Assembly: GCA_904063045.1 (NCBI GenBank) | Contig: CAJFCJ010000011.1 | Span: forward strand, 372,001-436,000 | DNA length: 64,000 bases | Source: Dimorphilus gyrociliatus | Lineage: Eukaryota; Animalia; Annelida | Direction of reading: 5' to 3' | Shown: in pieces, positions 53,465-64,000 of the stretch | Position numbering within the stretch: the stretch's first letter is position 1 | Layout: every line of letters starts with the position of its first letter | The notes under the pieces: model-generated | The model's input: the letters and a program-made list of their open reading frames with translations, nothing else | Databases searched by the model: none | What the model was told of the DNA's origin: nothing | Program-made: the position numbers and the translations under genes

Positions 53465-54624
53465 ATGGAATCCAAAGGTCTGTTGATATTATTAACAAAT
53501 TTTGTAGTCGTTCACTTCATGATTTCTACTATTTAGTGAGAAGGTCCGATGTTCGGCCTGATGGTGACGGAATGGAAGAAGAACTGCTCAAATCAACCCC
53601 GGAAATAAAATATGCTAAGCCGACTAAACACCGTCAACTCACTCGATTGAATGATTCCCAAATGATTCGTGTAAAACCGCAAAAAACTGTAATATCGAAA
53701 GAACCTGTAAAAGCAGCAGTAAAAGAAGTTGTGCAACAAAAACCAACAAAGACTCAAAAGAATCAAAATACAGAAACTCCACAGGTTCAGAATGTTGATA
53801 CTTCAGGATCTATTCAGTCTATGACCGCGGAAACGATAGATAAAGTAAGAGAAGAGTGTGAAGGAGAAGAAAATTCAGATTTAGATATACTTAACGAAGA
53901 GTTAGAGGCTACGAGACGGGAGTTAGAAGCACAAATTCGCATAAATAAGGACCTCAAGAAACTACTTATCGCATCTATGGGTGATGATTTGCATCATAGG
54001 GTGGATTGTTTGGTTAAAGATCGTGTAGCATTAGCTGAGAATATTGAAGCATATTCTAAACGACTCGAGGAAGGAGGGTTGATAAGAGAAGAATTAGAGA
54101 TACGAGCAGATATGTACAGATCGAAATTTGCGGCTAGCAAATTGCTAGTTGAAGAAGCTATTGATATGCGGGCCTCTCTACAGCTTCAATTGAATTATGC
54201 TCATCAGGCCATGAAAGAATTGTTAAGCGAAAGGGCACAAGTAAGAAAAAATTTACAAGAAGCTTACGGAGTTTCACAAGCTACAAATGAAGCCCTAGGC
54301 ATTGAAAGGCAGAGTAAGAAAGAACTCCCAATGAACAGTACTATTTTGGAAATATCTGAGAAAGTAAATAACCTATCTCTCTCTTTGAAAAATGCTCTGC
54401 TTCCTGTTATGAACAATTCAAAATATCAAACAATTCCATTTGGATTTTCACCTACTGCAGCAGAAGTTATGGCCATGCAATGCTTGGCCAATAGAGCCAA
54501 AGAACTTGATGGTTCTGATATTAGGCAAATTTATAAGCACAACCGATTTCATTTAGCAGCAAATTTTGATAATCTTACACTCAATTGTTGTTCAAATTGT
54601 ACTGGCAAAATTCATGCCGTTTAA
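53465..54624 (+). CDS. BLZF1: Golgin-45
   Basis: A short first exon (MESK) splices to VRR..GDGME. Then INKDLKKLLIASMGDDL, ADMYRSKFAASK and C-terminal NLTLNCCSNCTGKIHAV. Confidence 0.88.
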
Positions 54625-54705
54625 ACAAGTTACGTTTTATTGTCTAAAATATTTTTGACAGCATGTATAAGAAAATGACAATGTAGCTATTTTGTGTTTC
54701 TATAA

Positions 54706-55668
54706 CTAGCTTCTTAAGGCTTGCAGGCGAGCCTGCATTTCTGACATATCTTCTGCATCCTCTTCTTGCGGCTCTTCCACAACAGGTAGGGAGTCATTAA
54801 CAGCAGTAGGAGCCCTTTTAAGAGGTTCTATATAAAATAAAAAATATTAAATTTATGATGAGAAAATTAATAGAATTTTCAACCTCCTATTATTTCATTA
54901 ACAACGGCCTCAACTTCTTTTTCGACTTCATCTTCCATATCTTCTTGATCAATGTCTTCGAAAGTATCCTCAATCATTTCTTCAATGATACCCGCGCGTG
55001 TCATTTCTTTTGATAGTTCTCGCATAGTGTTCTGAATTTCAGGCACTTTTACCAATCTTTGCATGCTGGACATTACTTCAGTGCTTCTTTGTATACAACC
55101 AGCCGTTCTTATGGTTGCTGATGACAAATAGATTTCTTGCATTTAATAGAATATAAAAACAGATTATTCCTATACCTAGTTGAGCGTTCATTCCATTTTC
55201 AATAGTTGTCAGATGAGCTTTTGCTGCATATATTTTACTTATAGCTTTCTTACTCTGAACGATTTCTCTAGCTAGAATCTTAATAGAGTCAATGTCCTTT
55301 TTTTTCGCGGCACTCTTAATGGCCAGTTCTACTTTTTGTTTTTCTCTCTCAATACCTGAATATTTATATTAGTAAGGAAATAACATTGAGACTATAACTC
55401 AACCTCTAATCTGCCGTTCGAGTTGACGACCCTCCTGACGAACTTTTGCGGTCCATTCTCGAACCTAAATAAAAATAAAAGTTCCTTATCTTAGTTATTT
55501 GAAAATTAGTCATTCAGCAATTTCAAACATCTTCACTTCAGTAATTATGATTAAAGAATCAAAGAAAAAATGTTTTAAAATTTATGAAAGATTATATTCT
55601 TGATCAGAAAAATTTGTCACTTTTTCCTTCGTTGGTTGACTTGGCTTGTCCTTTCCAAAGAGACCCAT
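54706..55668 (-). CDS. CHMP3: ESCRT-III subunit CHMP3/VPS24
   Basis: MGLFGK..., IQRSTEVMSSMQRLVKVPEI..MRELSKEMTRAGIIEEM and MQARLQALRS*. Confidence 0.95.
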
Positions 55669-55845
55669 TAGGTTTTAATAAAATAGAGGTTCGTGTTTAC
55701 TTCGGACGGGGCATGCGCAAGAAATCAATGACTGTATTTATCGCTGGTTCCAAATTCCGAGTCTTTATAGTGACTAGTATCTATGACGCGCACTACTTGT
55801 AGTACTACAATAACGGAAACAGGAAACGGAAACTGAATACCGAGA

Positions 55846-57776
55846 ATGGAAGATTTGAGTTGTCCTGTTACATTTTCCTCCAATCCTACCTCAACCGTTA
55901 TCTTAAGTGAATCCCCATTGTCATTAAACAGTTTCTGTGTTGATAACGACAAGTCTGACATATTTACGGATAAGCTCGACTGTGTGACAAGCTCAAATTT
56001 TATATCTGATTCCAATGTTGTTGTCGATAGCCGAAGGTAAATTAAATGATTTTTTTGGTACGCTTTAAGTTTATTACTATTTTTTCAGTCTTTTATATTG
56101 TTCTGATTTATCTTCAAATGTTACCTTTTCAAATCTTCCCGAATTATCTAACTCTGCAATGCTGGAGGAATGTCATCAACAAGAAGGTGACCCGATTCAC
56201 TTTCCTTCAATTAATGGTACATAGATAAGAACCCTGACAACAAATAATAGCTGATCACTGTAATTAATTTTCCAGGTAACCTAGTAGGTGGAGAAAATGA
56301 TGAAACTCAGCTTTTTCATATAGAAACAGAGGAAGTAGGAGATGGAGTAAATTTAGATAATATAAGTGATCAGTACACATTTGTGACAACTGAGCCATTG
56401 GTAAATGATCGTGCTGACATAACAATCAATGAATATGAATCTGAGGAGTTAGCAGAGCCCCCAAAGGAAAAAAAGAAGGGTGGTTGGCCAAAAGGAAAAA
56501 AGAGGAAAATGGAGTTGATAGATAAAGCCCCTCGAGCCCCCATGTCAGGGTAAGAGTTGTGGTCTAAGGATAATTAACTTAGAATATATAAATGTTAAAA
56601 ATGTTTTAGATATGTTATATTCTCATCTCGAAAACGTTCGAAATTAAAAGAAGAAAATCCAAACAAGACTTTTACTGAAATCACTAAAATGCTAGGTAAT
56701 GAATGGAGTGCTATGTCAGAAGAAGACAAACAAGGATATTTAGAGGAAGCTGAAAAAGATAAAGAAAGGTATCTTAGAGAAATGAAAGAATATAGAAACA
56801 GCGAAAATTACCGTAAATTCCGGAAAAGCCAAAATGGTATGAACTTTTTAATATATAAATAAATTATTTTAAAATATATATATCAGAAATAAAAAACTTA
56901 TTTTTATTAATAAATAGCAAATGGCGTTGAACCAAATACAGATGAAGAGGATGATGATGTAAAATAACATAATATTATAAAAACTTTTAATAATCATATT
57001 ATTCCAACAGAATAACTTATATTGTTCAGTCTGCGACGTTTGTTTTGTAAGTGCTCATAATAAGAGGGAACATTTATTGGGAAAAATTCACTTTGACAAA
57101 GTTACTCGTTTGTAAAAATATTTACTTAAAGCGTATATTTATTAAAAATAAACATTCTTCAATTTCAGAGAATTACAATAAAGATTTATTAAGGCAAAAA
57201 AATGAAAAAGAGAAGCAGGAGAAAGAATTAAGAGATAGTTTTTTAACTCGAAAAGATATCGATCATTTAGATTTAAATTGGTTTTCTGAAGTTCTAATGA
57301 AGAAAAATACCGGTTGGCATACATTTTTAGATACTTTTATTGCTAGAAGTAGGTGATTGAGTAAATATTGTATCTATAAGAAATTTTTATCTTTAAGAAA
57401 TATGTTTACTAGGTGGCGTTACCGATTGTAATGCACTCTAATTTTTCGCAATCTTGATCTTAACAAAACCAAAAGTATTTTACTCTGTTCAATTAAAATT
57501 TTTATCACTCTCTAATACGTTATTAACCTGGTATCAATTTTTATCTTAACAGAAAGAGAATGTGAAATTGAAACTTTGACAAACTCACTACAAGCTAGTC
57601 AACAAAAATTCCATGCAATACAACAACAAATTAACCAGTTGAAGGCTTTTAAACAAAATTATCTAGAGACACTTAGTCACGAGCGAAAATTAAAAAAACA
57701 ACTAGTGAACGATATAAACACTTTAAGAATCGTACCAACTTTATTTGGTGTTAATAGCTTTCAAAGTATGAGATAA
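55846..57776 (+). CDS. HMG20-like HMG-box protein with a U1-type zinc finger and C-terminal coiled coil, multi-exon
   Basis: KKGGWPKGKKRK..KAPRAPMSGYVIF...FTEITKMLGNEW..KQGYLEEAEKDKERY, and CSVCDVCFVSAHNKREHLLGKIH. Confidence 0.75.
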
Positions 57777-57991
57777 TGTTTGTGAAAAGCGTACAAGAAA
57801 GAAAATTGTGTTTCCTATAAAAGAAAAAGTTATATACTTTCTAAAAGAAAAGCAAAATAAGCGAAAGTATTTTTACTGTAGAATGTACTTAAAGGCAATC
57901 TTTGAGTATTAATTTTAACAAAAAACATAAGGAAAGAACATGCGTATCTTGTGAAAATTTAGAGATGTACCATCTGTCGTTTGACCTTGAT

Positions 57992-58318
57992 TTATTCTTG
58001 ATTCTGCGTATAAAAAGCATCAGACTGATCATAAAAGCTCTTGCTTCCGTTTGAGTTACGTTGAAGTAACTTCTCGCTAAAGAAGATATTAAGGAGAGGG
58101 CTAAAGACTATTCGGTTTTCTTTTTTAAATAGAAAGTCTCGACGTATGAAATATTTAGCAAACCACGTACAAAATAATTCAAGATGTGGATTGTCACTGG
58201 TACTATTGCTGTCTGTCATAGAGCTAACGGGAGGGGAGGAGAAGGAATGAAAGGTGAACGGCTTGGTAAAATGACGAATTTCGGTTGGAGAAGAATCGTT
58301 GGAGAGAAAGGTAAACAT
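57992..58318 (-). CDS. Possible 108-aa orphan protein
   Basis: The ATG lies immediately after a polypyrimidine-AG acceptor and the frame is open to 57992. No family recognised. Confidence 0.3.
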   Translation of the reverse strand: MFTFLSNDSSPTEIRHFTKPFTFHSFSSPPVSSMTDSNSTSDNPHLELFCTWFAKYFIRRDFLFKKENRIVFSPLLNIFFSEKLLQRNSNGSKSFYDQSDAFYTQNQE

Positions 58319-58861
58319 TTCTAAATTTAAGAAGAGGAAAACACTAAAAACTAAATATAAAAGAAAATGTATATATGTTATCTCTCTATTAGTCTGATAT
58401 TTCATCTGGGCATTTCTTTCTAGCCGCTTTACTACCGATCACCGTAGTCTGGAGCAGAGCAATTGGCTTCAAGATGGAATAGCGCGGACCATAAGATAGT
58501 GGAGGATGTATTTTGTGTATGAATAACGAACACTTCCTAAGACTGATAAAAAGAAATGGATAATCGCATTTAGTTAAATCCTTCTTCCCCCTCCCTAAAA
58601 CATTTCTTATATTTTTTTGTCTTTATTCCGTAAACGAATAAAAAACGGATTATTAACACGAAGATATATTGTATAATTGTCATTGTGATTAATGGACAAC
58701 TAGTATAAGCATTCATTTTTAAGTACTTTTTTCGCTAGACAAACAAACGGCCCAGTTCATAATTCTATTGTTTCCAATTACATCTGGTAGGCCTGTTGGA
58801 GATAATATAGATCCTGCCGATAGGCCATAATTAGTTCTACAGGGCACTAGTTTGCTAAAAT

Positions 58862-59900
58862 ATGTCGATTAGATCGGAGAACTTTATCGGTTTCTGTTTA
58901 TTAAGCTTCTGCTTATTACTTTGTGGACAAACGTTTTCCGTGACCGACCCGTTTTATGGCTCTGAAGAGATCTCTTCGACAGCAACGACGTTCAAGTCGA
59001 CAGGCAAGGGATTTGATGGTTTTTTAGGAATTGATATAAAGATGATAACCTACATATGCATTGCTCTAGGATCTGGTATATTTTTAAGCATGGTTCTTAT
59101 AACTATTTGTATGGCGTGCTTGAGTGCAAATGCTAGCTTAGATAAGGAAGAAATAGCCTTAAAGAGTGTAAAGAAAGCTGAAGCACCGGCATATTTTGAA
59201 TACGATGTCATCCAAGGAGATATGCCAGAGCCGGAAGTTCATAAACCAAAGCCAAGACCAAGAGATTCTGAAGTTCCTGGAACTTTTAATATATTGAAGC
59301 ACAAACGTATTGAAGATTGTCAGGTTAAAAGTTCCGAGTATGGTTTAAACGGGTGGTCAAAATCGTTAGTTCAAGAAGTTATAGATCAGAATTTGCTCTA
59401 TTTAGCGGTATACAATTTGGATATGCGTAACAGAATTCATGCTGTCGCCACACTATTTGAGGAGGAGGTCCCAAATTTACATATTGCCGATATTGCTTCT
59501 TTTGTTCTAAGCTCACAGAAGGATAAGGCAATTCAGTTCGGTTCGACCATTTTCCACATGAAATTCATCCATACAGACTGCTATGCTGCTACCGGAATCG
59601 CTCAAACAAACAAAGGTAGATTTTCAAATAGGCCCTTAATAAGAAATTTATAATCAGTTTGTTTGTTCAGGTCAAAACCTCACAATGTTTGCCGCTGCCG
59701 CTCCGAAATCTGATAATGCAGCCTTTATAGTAATAGGTATAACCGACACCTCATTGGACGAAGGTCAATGCGAGAGTAGCGTCGCAAGACTAACTGACTG
59801 CTTTCCATTAGAACCCAGTCGACCGCGTAGTTTTGTTGTAGAAGATGAATCAAATGCCTCATATACTCCAATTATTAGGACGGACTCAAAAACAAAATGA
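58862..59900 (+). CDS. Type I membrane protein with a cytoplasmic profilin-like domain, 327 aa (exons 58862-59615, 59671-59900)
   Basis: Signal peptide (aa 1-26), TM helix (aa about 61-88), and residues about 163-295 aligning by eye to profilin from NGW to GQCESSVARLTDCF. The 55-nt GT-AG intron is in phase. Confidence 0.8.
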
Positions 59901-61664
59901 ACGAAAAAAGCAAAACAATCTGTCTGTTTTCTTTTGCTTATGTAACAATGAATGTATCTTAAGTTATTTCTGCTTTTTGTTTGTTTTGCTTATTGGAAAC
60001 ATGCACATTTTCTAATTATAAATGTTATGTTTTTGTAATTTTTTTTTTTTAAAAAAAGAAAAAAAAAGATGCTCAAAGTTTATATTCTACTGTTTTTACA
60101 ATGTAATAAAAACTGGAACGAGTTGTCCTATTAACTTATAAGTTAATTAGCCAAAATGACTTTTGATCTTTAAAAAGAGACTATTTTTGACAGAAATAAA
60201 TTGCAAAGTGTATACGTCATTTAACTGTTTTGGTTTTTATATATATTAAATACAACAGACAGCTACCTGTCACATCTGAGTGTCTTTTAGCATAATTTAT
60301 CTTCTCTTTAGAAAGTACTCGACCGTGTTATACGTGTTTGTTCTTTGGAACAAACTATCACAAAGTTGTACAGAGTTCAAATGAAGTGAGATAGAAAGAT
60401 AACGAATTACATTATAATTTAATTTTGTCTTTCAATTAGATTAGATATACAGAAGGGAAAAACAATTTGCAATATAGTTCACTATGAGTAACAGTATCAG
60501 CACGAACTAGACTAAAGAATATATAAATATGGATATATAAAATACATTCATAGCGTACTCTAATATATTGTATTCTCCAATATATTATATATGATAATAA
60601 TTATCTTAGTTAATTCAATTATATTAATAACAACTAAATAACTTGTACTAAATTGTTTAGCTTTTCTTGTTTTTTTTTTACAGAACTGTTTACTTAAAAT
60701 GAAGCAGTTCCTTTCTCTTTTGAAAGTGAAAATATCCATATTACTAATAAATTTATCTTACATTAAAATAAACCTAAACTTGCAACTTTATTAAAGCGAA
60801 GGTAAAGTTTATATTTGGAAATTTTCCCATACTTGTTATCTTATAGATACCAACCTCTATCATATTTTTTTGAAATTGAACAAACTTTCTATCTTATCTC
60901 TTTTTCACTTTTTCCTTCTATCTATTATATTTAGAATTTAAAACTAGATGGCGTTTTGTTAGAAAAGCTAATGCTTTTACAAAAATCGAATTAGTTAAAT
61001 CTTCAATATATTGATATAATTGATTTGAATGATCTTATACAAGTAAGACAAGATTTAGATAAATCTTCTTAAAAACCTATTACGAAAAATTAGAATTTAT
61101 TAAATTCTCTTTTGTAGATAATAAACTAATCCTTATCGCAAAGTTTTCACAAAGCCAGTTTTGTTAAATACTATTCTATGATAACAAATGCATTTTTAGC
61201 TTTAATTACAACTACAACTATCGATAGGTTATTGGAATGTTGACTAAGTTGATTCAATTGAATTACTTAGAGATGTTAGATAATGAAATCCTATTCCAAA
61301 CTTACAATGTTTAAAGATTGCATAACAAAAATGTTAATGTAATTGTATTGGGGGCCATTTTCTGTTTTATCCTTTATTCAACTCTTTTTGACTTTATGTA
61401 AACTGCAATAATTTTTAGCATTTATGAATTACTTATCCACAATAGATGGCGCGTCAGTATATAATGTTTATTAATGACGTGTGATAAATGAATGAATTAT
61501 ACCATAAAATACCAATTAAGGGCCCGTCGTAAATACTGACGTATCAAAACATGTTCAATTAGTAAAGTAGAAATAAGTTTTTATTGATAAAAAGAAATTT
61601 ATTTCTTGATTTCCGCTGATGTCAAAGTAATTTGTGTTTTGTTCAGTTTTGTCTATTTTTTTGG

Positions 61665-61961
61665 CTAAGAAGTTTTCTTTTCTGAAAGTTGATAACATAC
61701 ACATCCTGGCGGCGGAGGGCAATGAGGATCTTTTAAGCATGGTAGAGTTGGCCTGGGTAACGGTGCTTTTGCCCTACACGACTCTATAACTGTACAACAT
61801 TGTTTGAGGTTAACGTTGCACGGATTAAAGTTATATTCGCAAACTTTTGGTCGATTGGGCAGATACAAAGGTGGACAAATCTTTTTATTCTTCTCACAAT
61901 TCTTTGCGCAAGCTTTTGGCACTGGTGGTACATGTGTACATCTACTCGAAGCCAGAACCAT
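61665..61961 (-). CDS. Small Cys/Pro-rich protein (98 aa, 13 Cys, no signal peptide)
   Basis: ATG-initiated ORF with higher GC than its flanks and a strongly biased Cys/Pro/Lys composition. Confidence 0.55.
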   Translation of the reverse strand: MVLASSRCTHVPPVPKACAKNCEKNKKICPPLYLPNRPKVCEYNFNPCNVNLKQCCTVIESCRAKAPLPRPTLPCLKDPHCPPPPGCVCYQLSEKKTS

Positions 61962-62246
61962 ATTATTTTTTTTTCTTAGGCAATAGTTTTCTTAGTCATA
62001 AATTGTATTTTTTTGGTTTTTCTCAGTTTTTCAATTTAAAAAAATAACGTATTTTTATGACATAATAAAAAAATCATAATTTGTATCTCTAAAAAGCGGC
62101 TACAGTCGTATTTTTGTACAAGTTCAAAAAAACAATTAATGAGCTCACCATTAAACCCAATCAAGACGTATAAAAGATTATAGAAAAAAATATGAAAAAA
62201 GCAGAAGAACATTTTTTGAGTCTTTTTTTTATGTTTCTTCTATTCA

Positions 62247-63518
62247 TCAGCTTTTCGAATTTTCCGCATCGGAGAGATGATCTACTTTATCGTCGGAAAT
62301 AGAAACATTTGTTGTATCTGTCTTTTTTGGTTGATAATCGATAAACATAACCGTTACGCCATTTACAGTTATCTTCGTTCTGACAGCAGTTGATCTTATT
62401 ACATTCTTATGCTTAGGCGGTCTCCTATGAAAAGAAGAAAGGAATTGTTAGAGAATGTCTTTTTAAGAGGCTTGGGATAGTTTATTTGGGCTATAGAAAC
62501 AAACTTCAACCTTAAATGTGTTTCTCATTTATCACATGGAAATGGGGGCAATTTAAGTTCTATTGCAATAGGCAAGAGCAATACAAAAATATGAAAGGGA
62601 ATGCACCTAGGGGTATATATCGTTTAAATGCTAACATAAAAAGAGTAATGTACCGTCAAATTTGTTCTGAGCACTGACAAACTGTCATAAAAGTGGGCAA
62701 TAAAAAAAATACTATAAATTTTACTCGTGGAAGAATATTTTATATATTCTGTCCAAACTTTTGTGCCTTTTTTGCTTCTATTTTTTAATATTCTATCTAC
62801 AAATAATATCAAACAGTTACTCACTTGCTTTTTGTTCTGGGATTTTTCTGAAAAGAAAAATTTCGTTTGAAGAGACAAGATTGTGTGGTAGGTTCAGGAG
62901 GTTCCTGTTCCTGTTCCGGTTCCGGTTCTGGTGCGTTTTCCTCGACTTCATATGAACGATCCGTGTTTGGTACTTCCGCACTCGGTGAGGGACTAATACT
63001 ATTATATCCTGCTGGACTAGTAGTAATTTGAGGTTTTTCCACTGATTTAGGTCTTCTTCTCTTGGCTTTGGTGGACGCTACCGAGAATTCCTGAGATATG
63101 CCGACACTTGCGGGTTTTCTGAAAGTTTTTTTATATACATTTACTTATTACTCATGTTTGTTTAGTAATTTACCACGATATAACCTTTTAAAGAAGATTG
63201 TAACACTTGTATAAAAAGTAAGAAAAGGAATTTTTGTCACCTATAGTTATAATATTGTCTCTATTGCTATAACTTTTAAAAAACTTACCTTGTGCTGGTG
63301 CCCTTTTTCGTTTCACACATTTGGCAGGCGAAGGATTCACTAGGATTTTCAAATGTACACATTGTACATTCCCAAGTTTCCTCAGCTGTCTGTTTAGCTC
63401 GTTTTCGACTAGAAAACAATTATATACATAGTTAAACAATCACAAATCACAATATACTGCTGTCAACATTGTTATTGTTAGTTATTTTAACAATTACCAA
63501 CCCTTTTTTCGTTTCCAT
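62247..63518 (-). CDS. RYBP: RYBP/YAF2 Polycomb factor (4 exons)
   Basis: RanBP2 zinc finger WECTMCTFENPSESFACQMCETKKGTSTRKP (a frame not in the ORF track), and C-terminal KNVIRSTAVRTKITVNGVTVMFIDYQPK. Confidence 0.92.
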
Positions 63519-63770
63519 AACGATCTTAGGGCGAAAAACAGCAAGAATATATAAAAACTATGAGAAGACAATGAAAGAAACCTCTGGTCACGTGATAACT
63601 GATATCCAATAGACTTCCAGAAGTTCAGCTTAGAATATTCTATTTCCGCTTCCGCAGTGCGGTCTAACTCGAATGAAACGAGATTTTAATTCGGTAACTA
63701 ATTAAATTCTTGTTGATTCTTAATGTTTTTATTTGAACTAATAATTTTTTTGTAATTATTAAAAGAAAAA

Positions 63771-63941
63771 TCATTGAGGAATTTCATTACGAGGGTCGTA
63801 AGTAAAACCTGAAAAAGCGTTCTGATCAGTCTGACCCCCTGCTCCATCAGTCATTCCCGGATTTCCACCTGTTTTTACGGAAGAGGTGATAGGCTCAGAC
63901 GTAAACTCCCCTGAAATATGTCTAAGGTCTAAGTCTCCTCC
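63771..63941 (-). CDS. SGK: Last exon of an AGC kinase (SGK-like); gene continues beyond the window
   Basis: DLRHISGEFTSEPITSSV (turn-motif region) and the hydrophobic motif AFSGFTY, ending at a stop. Confidence 0.75.
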   Translation of the reverse strand, partial: GGDLDLRHISGEFTSEPITSSVKTGGNPGMTDGAGGQTDQNAFSGFTYDPRNEIPQ

Positions 63942-64000
63942 CTGAAAATATAACTTAATAAATATTTATCAATTAATGAGTTTTTAATTTGTCGTTTTTA

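Noticed and set aside
60310-61330. Possible micro-exon gene (several AG...GT-bounded open segments)
   Set aside because: I could not assemble a phase-consistent reading frame. RNA-seq would be needed.
63188-63439. 83-aa ORF-track call
   Set aside because: It is the off-frame reading of the RYBP RanBP2 zinc-finger exon.

Overview
This is eukaryotic (animal, probably lophotrochozoan) DNA. It is AT-rich and very compact, with about 30 protein-coding genes in 64 kb and mostly 50-80 nt GT-AG introns. The layout resembles a miniaturised genome such as that of the annelid Dimorphilus, but that assignment is inference only. Recognisable genes are Rheb, MRPL36, V-ATPase G, MIF, DNAI3/WDR63, ASF1, an LPCAT, STT3A, a sialin-like SLC17, REV3L, CPSF1, FSIP1, LRR1, VMAC, a Dispatched-like RND protein, IRS, BLZF1, CHMP3, an HMG20-like gene, RYBP/YAF2 and the last exon of an SGK-like kinase. 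I reconstructed gene models by hand from splice sites, since the ORF track misses many exons. Four things stand out. (1) A signal peptide + single TM + cytoplasmic profilin-fold protein at 58.9-59.9 kb, an apparent membrane-anchored profilin. (2) A same-strand trio of a bacterial-type DcsG-like ATP-grasp ligase (one intron), an Egt2/CefD-like PLP enzyme and a MIF tautomerase. It is bracketed by two diverged direct repeats and sits head-to-head with (3). (3) A 765-aa secreted precursor carrying 34 AG[ST][YF]DGR peptide copies that I cannot assign to a known family. (4) A roughly 960-aa Pol zeta catalytic subunit that starts at the REV7-binding motif and seems to lack the N-terminal domain. I found no tRNA, rRNA or CRISPR features.
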